Shown here piece after piece: positions 46,356 to 54,921 of a stretch of 64,000 nucleotides of DNA (position 1 is the stretch's first letter; every line of letters starts with the position of its first letter). The translations under genes and the position numbers were made by a program. The notes beneath the pieces are model-generated. The model searched no databases and was not told where the DNA came from. It worked only from the letters and a program-made list of their open reading frames with translations. Location: the sequence record NC_048053.1, one strand, 5' to 3'.

Positions 46356-47291
46356 ATGAAAATGGCTATCACTCCTAACAAAGATCTGATTAACGTTGTT
46401 GTTCGTTTGCTGGATGGTAAAACTTCTCGCATTACTGGTATTACCAAAACCGGTTACACTGTCGAAGGCGTCGATAAACAAATTCCGATGACGGAACTTG
46501 TGCGCAAAGGCCGCGTGTTGCAGCAAATCGATCCGGCGAAGCTGAAAGATCTTCCGGCTAATCAAACCTATCTGATGAGCGACGGCTATTTGCATATCCA
46601 CACTCGCGATGCAATGCGGCGCATCAAGAAAGGCGAAACCGTTGATATCCCGCCGTCAAAAACTGAATGGCAGCGCAAAACTAAAACGGTGAAAATTGTG
46701 AAACCGAAAGGCGAAGTGAAGCCGAAAAAGATTACGCCGAACAAACCTGTTCGTGCTGATGTGTCGAAAGTTAAAACCGCTCCAAAGCGTTTGAAAACTG
46801 ACGCGCAGAAAACGAAAAAGGCTGTCACAAAATCTGTGACTAAATCAACTCCGGTTGATCGTACCGCCGAAACTACTGAGACGTTGTTCTTAGTTATCGA
46901 AAATGCTCGCTCGAATCGCAAAGCGTTCAAAGAGTTTAAAAATATCGTTTCAACTGCAATCGGCGTTACGGCAAAAGATCTGCCGGATACTGCAAACGAG
47001 ATCATCGAAAAATTCGGTGCTGCGAAAGTACGCAAAGGTCTGGCGGCGCTCTCTGAGCATTTTAATCGCCGTCGCGCAGAATTAAGTCTGCCGCGTAGTC
47101 TGAAAGCGTTTATCGCAAGCGGTCGTTTGACTCTGACTCCTGCGCAATTACGTCAGGTGTTGGAAGTGATTGCTCCGACAATTCCGAAAGAAGTTGTTGC
47201 TGATGTTGTGAAATATTATTTCAGCGGCGAATTCTTTATCGGCAAAACTCCGGATCGCAACACTCCGAAAAAAGTTAACGGTGGTAATTAA
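46356..47291 (+). CDS. 311-aa basic protein whose N domain is paralogous to 44673
   Basis: shared LLDG..IT..TGY.V..KG pattern; K-rich linker (start 46356 or 46362). Confidence 0.78.
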   Translation: MKMAITPNKDLINVVVRLLDGKTSRITGITKTGYTVEGVDKQIPMTELVRKGRVLQQIDPAKLKDLPANQTYLMSDGYLHIHTRDAMRRIKKGETVDIPPSKTEWQRKTKTVKIVKPKGEVKPKKITPNKPVRADVSKVKTAPKRLKTDAQKTKKAVTKSVTKSTPVDRTAETTETLFLVIENARSNRKAFKEFKNIVSTAIGVTAKDLPDTANEIIEKFGAAKVRKGLAALSEHFNRRRAELSLPRSLKAFIASGRLTLTPAQLRQVLEVIAPTIPKEVVADVVKYYFSGEFFIGKTPDRNTPKKVNGGN

Positions 47292-47665
47292 TGGAAAAAT
47301 CTGACGTGATCGTTAACGGAATCTTCGGTCAGGTTTATTCTCGGCTTGTTCTCGCCGCAACGCAACGCGTTCTTGTTTATTACAATGAACTGTGTCCTGT
47401 TGTTTTCGGTATTCAGTTTTCAAAAATGAATAAAGAACAGGCCGATGTGATTTGGGATATTCTGATCGAAACAATGCGTATGGACGCGAAGGCGGGGCGG
47501 CTTCCACTTGCCGCTCTTTATATCTCACGCAAATATGAAAAGAAACCCGGCGCAGGCTTTTGGTCTGCATATCACACACTATACGGCACTGCAATCTCGG
47601 AAGATGAGTGGTCTGAACTTGTGGAAAAAATCTGGAATTCTTATTCCATGCAGGAACGATCATGA
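47291..47665 (+). CDS. hypothetical protein
   Basis: TAATG coupling. Confidence 0.7.
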   Translation: MEKSDVIVNGIFGQVYSRLVLAATQRVLVYYNELCPVVFGIQFSKMNKEQADVIWDILIETMRMDAKAGRLPLAALYISRKYEKKPGAGFWSAYHTLYGTAISEDEWSELVEKIWNSYSMQERS

Positions 47666-48138
47666 AAAAGAAATCTGCTCCGAAAATACCGCGCTCGAAA
47701 GTAGTGCCTCCTAGCGAGCGTGCTGAAATGGAACAACTCGTTGCCTACTATCTCTCATCGGTAGGTAACAGCATGACGATGGTAACGCAGTTAACGTTTT
47801 TCAACGTCACGAACTACTGGCACATGACGGATATACACGATCCCGAAGCGTCCACGCCGAAGAATCACAAACTTCTGCGTGAGATAACGCAAAAGCTGAA
47901 CAAATACTGTAAAGATAATGGGAAGCCTCTTTCTTTGCTTCCGTTGCCAGATCAGCCCGGCGTTGAATTAAACGGCGAAACTGTTGTGGTGCTTCCGTGG
48001 GAATTTTTGAATACTGCGGAGTCGCGTCAAGCTGTTGATGCGTTATTTGAAATGGTATCTGCAAATGGTAATACAGATCTGGTTGCAGATGCTGATCTGA
48101 GGGATAAATATGTTTTTAGGGCACCTACTGACGTTTGA
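47662..48138 (+). CDS. hypothetical protein
   Basis: ATGA coupling, agga RBS. Confidence 0.7.
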   Translation: MKKKSAPKIPRSKVVPPSERAEMEQLVAYYLSSVGNSMTMVTQLTFFNVTNYWHMTDIHDPEASTPKNHKLLREITQKLNKYCKDNGKPLSLLPLPDQPGVELNGETVVVLPWEFLNTAESRQAVDALFEMVSANGNTDLVADADLRDKYVFRAPTDV

Positions 48139-49378
48139 AGATCGTCAAAAGCTGTTAAAACTTTATGGCTGGAAAATCATTGATACCTCTCCCAAGTATC
48201 TTGAAACTTCCAAAATGGTTTGTGGCGTTCGCCACGTTCGAACCAAGTACGGTGCGCGTGAACAAGTGTACGATGTTTTGTTTCCGCGCATTCGTGCAAA
48301 AACGGTTCTGCGTTTGTTTAAAAACTTGCGCCGTGGTCAACGTGGAATTCTGCTTGAAGAACTTTCAATTCTGTTTGAGTTGGGATTGGGTGTTCCGAAG
48401 CAGAAACAAATCGCCGATTATATCCTGCATCTTAACGATGTGGATGATCCAGAAGTCGGGATTAAGTACATTGGCAAACTGATAAAACAGTATATCGCCA
48501 ATTACAAGTTTTCGATGGATGATCATGATTACATGTACTGCGCTCAATTCACTGAGCAATTGTTGCTGATGAAGAAATTCATCGGGAAGACGAAACAGAA
48601 TGTGAAGAAATCTGTGCGCGTTCCGGAAGGAAAGCCGTGTGTCATGGTTTACTCACTAACTGATTTCAACGGTGCGAAATTCAGTTTGGTAGATGCTTAC
48701 GCTTTCTCATCAAACGGTTTTCCGATACCGATTTCAACATCTGTGATGCGAAAAGAGTTTGGTGCTGTTCCGCGCCAGTTTAACAGCTACGCGTTGAAGT
48801 CGCACGGACAGTATATGTTGGTTTTCGGCATTCTGTATTGGAACGAAGACGGCGAAGAAAACTTCCAGCACATGCAGACGCTGGACGATGATGAATACGA
48901 AGTTCTGGTTGACCATTACGATAAGTATTGTTCGAAAGAACTTCTTGCGGCTCGCAAGTACCGCAACGTTGATCGTGAAGTGCATAACGCTCATCGTCAC
49001 GCAATCGAAGTTCTGGCAGTGAAAGAAGACGCAACCAAAAAAGAAAGGCGTTTGGTGCGCGAAGCGGAAACCTATTTCGCTGAACGTGATAAAGCTGTAA
49101 AGCAACTATCACGATTGGAACGAAAGGCCGCAAGCAAACTTGCTGAATCTGGTCCGGTTGCTTCTGCTAAGTTCTTTGCTCTCGATATCGGGGCAATTGG
49201 AATTAGTCGTAAGCTGCGTACATTGGTTAGCACTCCGCCGGAAGTCCTCGCGAAAAGTTTAAACGCTTGGGGATTCACAACGGCGCTGTCTGCGAATCAT
49301 AAATGTCTATCGTCTCGGATCTATTACGGCGTAACTTCTACGCGCCGTAGCTGGCAAATTGAAACGGAGAAAAAATAA
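48110..49378 (+). CDS. hypothetical protein (422 aa)
   Basis: gaggg RBS; long ORF. Confidence 0.75.
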   Translation: MFLGHLLTFEDRQKLLKLYGWKIIDTSPKYLETSKMVCGVRHVRTKYGAREQVYDVLFPRIRAKTVLRLFKNLRRGQRGILLEELSILFELGLGVPKQKQIADYILHLNDVDDPEVGIKYIGKLIKQYIANYKFSMDDHDYMYCAQFTEQLLLMKKFIGKTKQNVKKSVRVPEGKPCVMVYSLTDFNGAKFSLVDAYAFSSNGFPIPISTSVMRKEFGAVPRQFNSYALKSHGQYMLVFGILYWNEDGEENFQHMQTLDDDEYEVLVDHYDKYCSKELLAARKYRNVDREVHNAHRHAIEVLAVKEDATKKERRLVREAETYFAERDKAVKQLSRLERKAASKLAESGPVASAKFFALDIGAIGISRKLRTLVSTPPEVLAKSLNAWGFTTALSANHKCLSSRIYYGVTSTRRSWQIETEKK

Positions 49379-52338
49379 TGAATTCCTCTCAAACTTTTGG
49401 AACGGCGTCGCACACTGCATCTGTTACCGATCAGAATCTGAATGCAGGTTCTCCGGCAACTAAAAGCACGGTAATTGTGGTGCTGTGTCCGACTGTAAAC
49501 GGCAACCAAATTTTCCGTGCGGAAAATAACGGTAATGTTTCTCAAACTGTCGCGCAGGGTAAAGCTCTCAATCGTCTGACAGATCTTCTGTCGATGGCGG
49601 GGGATAACGCTGGTCATGAACTGATGAGCGCTGCCGCTTCTATTGATGAGCGCTGCAAGCTGAAAGACAGTGCTGCGATGATTCTCCGCTATACTGTAAA
49701 TGGTAGTGTAGAGCGTCTCCAGAAAACTCTGTCTGAGGCGTTGTTTAAGGTCGGCGAAAAAGCTGCAAATGATAATACTACGTTAGCGTCGTATGCCAGT
49801 CGTTTTGGTGTTCATGCAATCGCAGTATCTGCGGAAAGTAATTCTTACGCAGTCGTTACAGCGATTCGTGATCAACTGGAAGCGTTCGACCGCAACGAAA
49901 GCAATTTTGTTGTTGCGCAGAAAGCAAGTGTTGAGCAAATCAATGCTCCGGTTATCGACTGGTCTGCAACTTCCGCAAATGTTGTTCTGGAAGGTGCTGC
50001 GTTAAGTTTTGTAGTTCGCTCGGAAAAAACCCGCGTGAATTTCCTGATTAATCCTATTAAGGGGAATAATGTTGTGAGTAACGATCAGAAAGCTCTGTCT
50101 GTTTTCAGCCGCGAGAATCAGGCTTCCGTAACTATGGAAGAAAAAGTCGCTGCACTTGAAGCACTCGGTTACGATCTCGGCGCTATGCCGGATGAAGAGA
50201 TCGCGCTGTCTTATGATAGCGAGCGTGTTGATTTTCTGGAAGGCGCAGGTGTTGAAGTGAATTCCAGCGACGAAGGCGAAACTGACGACGCCGAAGAAGG
50301 TGAAGAAGAATCCGAAGAAGGTGAAGAGGAAGAGGAAGAAGAAGACGAAGAAGAATTCTCCGCTTCTGAAACTCTGGCAGAAATTCTGACTAACGCCCAA
50401 CTGGATCGCGCTCAACTGAAAAAGCTGGTGTTCCTCGCAGGTGGTAAAGTGTTTACCACTGACACCGAAGAAAGTCTGACGGTGAAACTGCTGGAACTGG
50501 TCGAAGAAAAAGACTACAGCGAATTCTTCCAGTTTGCGCTGGACGCTAACGAACGTCTCGGCGGCGTTGATGGCTTTGCTGACTTCCTGCACGCGGAAAG
50601 CGTTCTGGCTACCGACGAAGATGAGGACGACGAAGGCGAAGAAGGCGAAGAAGGCGAAGACGAGGATGATTCTGATGAAGATGATTCCGAAGACGAAGAC
50701 GAAGATGATTCTGGCGAAGACGAAGGTGAAGACGAAGATGATTCCGAAGAAGATCTTTCTTTCAACGCTGTGGTAGAATTCATCGAACTTATCGGCGGCG
50801 ATCTGAATCGCGAAGTAATTCGCGCAATTGCTCGCTCCGAAAGTTTCGGCCTGAAAACTTACAAGAACGAAGACGCTGCTGCGATTTTCGAACGTGTAGT
50901 TGAAGTGCTGAACAACAACGAAATCTCTCCGGAAGATTTCGAACAACTGATTCACGATCTGGCGCAGATTGAAGTTGTTGCCGATGCGTATCCGGAATGG
51001 GCTGAGTACGAAGTCAATCCGACGGACTACACTGAACTGTTTGCCTACGAAGGCGGTTCTCTGACTCACGAACAGCGCGTTGCAGCGCTGGAAGCTGCCG
51101 GAAACGATCTCGAAGGTATGGGCATGGTTGCCGTGCTGAAACTTTTCGAAGACTATCGCCGTGAAAATGGTTACGGTCAGGAAAGTGAAGAAGCCGAAGA
51201 CGAAACCTATGCGCTGGATTCCGGTGAAGGTGAAACCGACGACGAAGGCGAAGAAGCTGGCGACGAAGAATCCGAAGAGTCGGAAGAAGAATCTGAGGAA
51301 GAAGAATCCGAAGACGAAAACGACGAAGCGTTTGTTTCTGAATCTTCTGAAAACGATCTCGGTACTTTCCTGCGTGTGCGTCAGGAACAAATGCTGTTGG
51401 TCAACTTCGCGCTGACTGATCGCAGTACCTTCGAAGATCTCGCCGAAGAACTTCGCGACCAGAACGGTGTTGATTATCGTGTACCAATCAACATGAACGA
51501 CGAAGCAGAAGGTTCTATGTACCTGCCGCTGACTGTCGCGAGCGATTTGCTGTCCGGTTCCGCTGCGCTTCCGTTTATGTCTGATCGCAAAACTTTCAAC
51601 GTAGAAGATTACGCTGAAAAAATGGCTAACACTATGCGCGGTCAAATCTCGGCGCTGCTGTATGAAGGCCGTCTGGAAGCTGGACAAGATCCGTATACTA
51701 GCGGTTTAGTCCTCGGTGATTTCGTCGAAGATGAAGACGAAGATCTGAATGAGGATGAACTGAGTTCGGAATATCTGAGCGAACTGGTTGGCGATCATAT
51801 TCCGATGGCTTCTCTGTATAACGCACATGTTGGCGTGCGTCCGGTTGTTGTCGATACCGAAAGCACTGTTTTGAACACTATCGTTCTTAACATTGCAATG
51901 CCTTGCATTTGGGGCATCGGCAAGAAGAAAGTAAAAGATCTGGTAATCAGCACTTACAATCGTGTGCTTGCGCACATCGGCGAAACTGATATTAAAGTCT
52001 ATGTCGGTTTCACCCTGAATGCTGGTTCTCTGGTTTCTGATGAAAACCTGCAATCGGTTGTTCGCTCTGTCGGCGAAATGGCGAGTGAAGAAATCGCTGT
52101 TCACTCCTTCACTACCAACGATGTTCAACGCATCGAAGAAAGTGAAGATCTGGTTGAAGCTGCGCATTCTGTCGGCACTGAAAATCTGCCGCTGGCGCTG
52201 TTGTCCTCCGGTATCGCTGACGCTGCATTTGCGAACGGCGGTGATCTGATTGTTATCCTGTCTCCTGTTGGTGACAGTGACGACGAAGATGATTCTGACT
52301 CTGATGAAGATGAAGATGAAGACGAGTCCGAAGAGTAA
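49378..52338 (+). CDS. 986-aa highly acidic modular protein with HeH-like modules and internal repeats
   Basis: four D/E tracts; repeated VAALEA.G.DL..M. Confidence 0.82.
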   Translation: MNSSQTFGTASHTASVTDQNLNAGSPATKSTVIVVLCPTVNGNQIFRAENNGNVSQTVAQGKALNRLTDLLSMAGDNAGHELMSAAASIDERCKLKDSAAMILRYTVNGSVERLQKTLSEALFKVGEKAANDNTTLASYASRFGVHAIAVSAESNSYAVVTAIRDQLEAFDRNESNFVVAQKASVEQINAPVIDWSATSANVVLEGAALSFVVRSEKTRVNFLINPIKGNNVVSNDQKALSVFSRENQASVTMEEKVAALEALGYDLGAMPDEEIALSYDSERVDFLEGAGVEVNSSDEGETDDAEEGEEESEEGEEEEEEEDEEEFSASETLAEILTNAQLDRAQLKKLVFLAGGKVFTTDTEESLTVKLLELVEEKDYSEFFQFALDANERLGGVDGFADFLHAESVLATDEDEDDEGEEGEEGEDEDDSDEDDSEDEDEDDSGEDEGEDEDDSEEDLSFNAVVEFIELIGGDLNREVIRAIARSESFGLKTYKNEDAAAIFERVVEVLNNNEISPEDFEQLIHDLAQIEVVADAYPEWAEYEVNPTDYTELFAYEGGSLTHEQRVAALEAAGNDLEGMGMVAVLKLFEDYRRENGYGQESEEAEDETYALDSGEGETDDEGEEAGDEESEESEEESEEEESEDENDEAFVSESSENDLGTFLRVRQEQMLLVNFALTDRSTFEDLAEELRDQNGVDYRVPINMNDEAEGSMYLPLTVASDLLSGSAALPFMSDRKTFNVEDYAEKMANTMRGQISALLYEGRLEAGQDPYTSGLVLGDFVEDEDEDLNEDELSSEYLSELVGDHIPMASLYNAHVGVRPVVVDTESTVLNTIVLNIAMPCIWGIGKKKVKDLVISTYNRVLAHIGETDIKVYVGFTLNAGSLVSDENLQSVVRSVGEMASEEIAVHSFTTNDVQRIEESEDLVEAAHSVGTENLPLALLSSGIADAAFANGGDLIVILSPVGDSDDEDDSDSDEDEDEDESEE

Positions 52339-52339
52339 T

Positions 52340-52348
52340 CTGTAAATA
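52340..52348 (+). promoter_or_regulatory. CTGTAAATA boundary motif
   Basis: exact copy just after the stop, not overlapping it. Confidence 0.5.
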
Positions 52349-52382
52349 AATGGTGTAGGGCGAAATGCCTTGCACCATTTTT
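52348..52382 (+). terminator. hairpin/terminator
   Basis: aaatggtgtagg-gcgaaatg-ccttgcaccattt + tt. Confidence 0.7.
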
Positions 52383-52393
52383 AAGGATTCCCA

Positions 52394-53146
52394 ATGTCTG
52401 ATACGCAACTTGAAGTTTTACATCGGACACTATTTTCAACGCGTCAGTCACTTGATGATAATATCATGGCACGTCGCGCAACCGAAAAGGTGTTGGATGA
52501 GCGCCTGAGTGAATTAGGCCGTTGTCAGGTTCAACTGAGTATTGCTCAAGAGCGAATTCTGAATCTCCAGACTGAATATAATAATGTTGTGGAGAATTCG
52601 GAAATCAAAGCGAAGGCTATGGAAGAAACTTTCCGTACCTCCGAAGCAAAACTGAAAGAAGAAATAGTAATTCTGAACGACAAGATTTCGGAACTGCGTG
52701 CGCTCTGCCGTGATATGCCGGAAACTCCTGCGGAACATTTGCTGGAAAACGTACTGCATAAAACTATGGCGCATCTGCATTCAACTGTGGTCTATTTCGC
52801 TGCCCTCACGTTGAATTCCAATCCGCAATCTCTGGCTGGTAAAGAGTTGCTCGCGCTGACGAAAAAGCAAACGCTGAATCCGGGCAAATTGTTTTCTCTA
52901 TCTGTAAAGGAAAAGCAGATAGTTCTCGAAAACATTCGTTCGTTTGTGCAAGCAGAACTTGATAATTCTGAATACACAAACATCCGTGCGGTAATTAATG
53001 CAATGACCGCCTCGGACAAATCGTGGAAGACGTTTCGCGATTGCCTGAAAAATTCTAAGGTGCTTTATTCCCTCGCATCTGACAAACTGGAGTTTGACTC
53101 TGCGGTAAACGCGGTCGTTGAATTCATTCTTGAACAATTGAAGTAA
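52394..53146 (+). CDS. coiled-coil hypothetical protein
   Basis: heptad-rich N-terminal half; aagga RBS. Confidence 0.75.
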   Translation: MSDTQLEVLHRTLFSTRQSLDDNIMARRATEKVLDERLSELGRCQVQLSIAQERILNLQTEYNNVVENSEIKAKAMEETFRTSEAKLKEEIVILNDKISELRALCRDMPETPAEHLLENVLHKTMAHLHSTVVYFAALTLNSNPQSLAGKELLALTKKQTLNPGKLFSLSVKEKQIVLENIRSFVQAELDNSEYTNIRAVINAMTASDKSWKTFRDCLKNSKVLYSLASDKLEFDSAVNAVVEFILEQLK

Positions 53147-53168
53147 TGAACTGGAGTTCGAAATAATC

Positions 53169-53744
53169 ATGGCTAAATCCAAGTCCACCTCACTGGTTCC
53201 GAAACGTATTGACCGCATCACGAAAAAAGCTGGCGCGATTGCGCAGGTCAAATCTAAACAAACTGATCTGGCTCACGATATCGAAATCTCGACTCGTGGC
53301 GCACACGAAGTTTCAGGTTTCGTAATCGAAACTACTGCTGACGGTAGCGTAACCATTCGCCACAAAAAAGGCGCTGGTAGCTCCAAACAGATCGTAAGCA
53401 CGTTCACCAAAAACCAAATCATTAGCTTTATCGGTGAAGCTGGTGAAATGGGTCAACTGCTGGTTGACGCATACATGGTTGTTCAGGTGATTCGCGGTCA
53501 AACTGTAAAAGTTAAAGACGATGTGATTGTTGCAACTGATATTCAGACTGGCGAAGTCACTCGCATTGCAACCAACATTCCGGGCTACGACGTTCGTGCA
53601 ATTGTTGACGAGGCTGTTGCTTCTAAAAAGTACGGCACTCCGGTTGCATCCGAAAAGAAAAAAGGCGCTAAGGCAGAAAAAATTGCCAAAGGCGGCAAAG
53701 ATAAGTCCGGTAAAAAGAAAAAGAAGTCTGACGAAAACTTCTAA
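53169..53744 (+). CDS. hypothetical protein, possible Sm/Hfq-like beta barrel, basic termini
   Basis: IEISTRGAHEVSGFVIET..VTIRH..STFTKNQIISFI. Confidence 0.55.
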   Translation: MAKSKSTSLVPKRIDRITKKAGAIAQVKSKQTDLAHDIEISTRGAHEVSGFVIETTADGSVTIRHKKGAGSSKQIVSTFTKNQIISFIGEAGEMGQLLVDAYMVVQVIRGQTVKVKDDVIVATDIQTGEVTRIATNIPGYDVRAIVDEAVASKKYGTPVASEKKKGAKAEKIAKGGKDKSGKKKKKSDENF

Positions 53745-53887
53745 TTCGGTTCCGGCCTGAATCTGTAAAGTAACGTTGAAGGACAGAATCTGTAAATCAA
53801 TTCTGTCAGACAGAAACTGTAAACAGTGAATGTCAAACGCCACTGATTAATTTCGGTGGCGTCAGTTAAAAACATTTTTCTCTTAAT

Positions 53888-53896
53888 CTGTAAATA
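53888..53896 (+). promoter_or_regulatory. CTGTAAATA motif upstream of acidic gene 53950
   Basis: exact intergenic copy; near-copies CTGTAAA at 53763, 53790, 53817. Confidence 0.55.
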
Positions 53897-53949
53897 GTAA
53901 TTGAACAAAGCGTTCATTACTGAACTTTCCTAAAAGGATAAAATGAATC

Positions 53950-54750
53950 ATGGCTAAAGCAAAGAAAACCTCTAACGTGGCAATGGAAACTCTGGCTAAA
54001 ATGGCTGGCCTGCTGGTTGAAGCGGCTGCCGATGCAGAAGTTGCAGAACTTCTCTCCGAAGCTGGTCTGACTGTTGCCGCTAAAGGTAAAGGCAAAGCTA
54101 AAGCTAAAGCTGAACCGAAAGCAAAAGGCGGCAAGAAAAAGAAAGTGACTGCCGCACAAATCGTTGAAGCCATCGAAGATGGTGAGTCCATCGAACTCGA
54201 AGGCACTGACGAAAAAGTTCTGCGCGAGGCCGTGGTCAAAGCAAAACTGACCAGTAAGAAAAAAGCGGAGAGCCTCGATGAAGAGGAACTGCTGGAACTG
54301 ATTCAGGAAGCGTTTGGTTCGTCTGACGAAGATGAAGACGACGAAGACGAGGATGATTCTTATGAAGATGATTCCGATGATGAAGACGGCGACGACGAAG
54401 ACGACGAGGATGATGAAGACTCGGACGACGACGAAGACGGCGACGACGAAGACGACGAAGACGGCGACGACGAAGACGACGAAGACGACGACGAAGACGA
54501 CGAAGATGATGAGGACGACGAAGACGAGGACGAAGATGAAGATCGTGATCTGGAAGACCTCGACGAAGACGAACTCCGCGCGTTAGCCATCGAAGAAGGC
54601 GTGTTCACCAAAGCGCAGGCCAAAAAGAAAGATGAAGATGCACTCCGCGAAGCACTGGAAGCGCACTTCGCTGGTGACGACGATGAAGACGAAGACGAAG
54701 ACGACGAAGACTTCGACGACGAAGACGAAGACGACGAAGACGACGAGTAA
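53950..54750 (+). CDS. polyampholyte protein: basic N-terminal patch, two HeH-like modules, ~75-residue near-pure D/E tract
   Basis: translation; aagga RBS; strong codon bias. Confidence 0.8.
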   Translation: MAKAKKTSNVAMETLAKMAGLLVEAAADAEVAELLSEAGLTVAAKGKGKAKAKAEPKAKGGKKKKVTAAQIVEAIEDGESIELEGTDEKVLREAVVKAKLTSKKKAESLDEEELLELIQEAFGSSDEDEDDEDEDDSYEDDSDDEDGDDEDDEDDEDSDDDEDGDDEDDEDGDDEDDEDDDEDDEDDEDDEDEDEDEDRDLEDLDEDELRALAIEEGVFTKAQAKKKDEDALREALEAHFAGDDDEDEDEDDEDFDDEDEDDEDDE

Positions 54751-54921
54751 TTAATCATCGACGGCACGCCCCGCTAAGTTAAATGACGAGCGCGGGGCAA
54801 AAAATCTTCAAAGATTTTTGAAGAAAATTTTGTAGAAGTATGTTGAACATGCTAATGTACTTCTACGCAGAAAACGAATTTCTGTTTTTCTCCACAACGA
54901 ATTTTTATACTGAGGTATATC

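Noticed and set aside
53801-53828. CTGT...ACAG palindromes resembling LexA boxes
   Set aside because: The spacing does not match CTGT-N8-ACAG.
29225-54767. Long minus-strand ORFs (e.g. 29225-29563, 45309-46088, 50002-51687, 54360-54767, 54852-55403)
   Set aside because: They are poly-Ser/Phe shadows of GAA/GAC/GAT- or AAA/GCT-rich plus-strand genes, with no RBS or plausible composition; all credible genes are on +.
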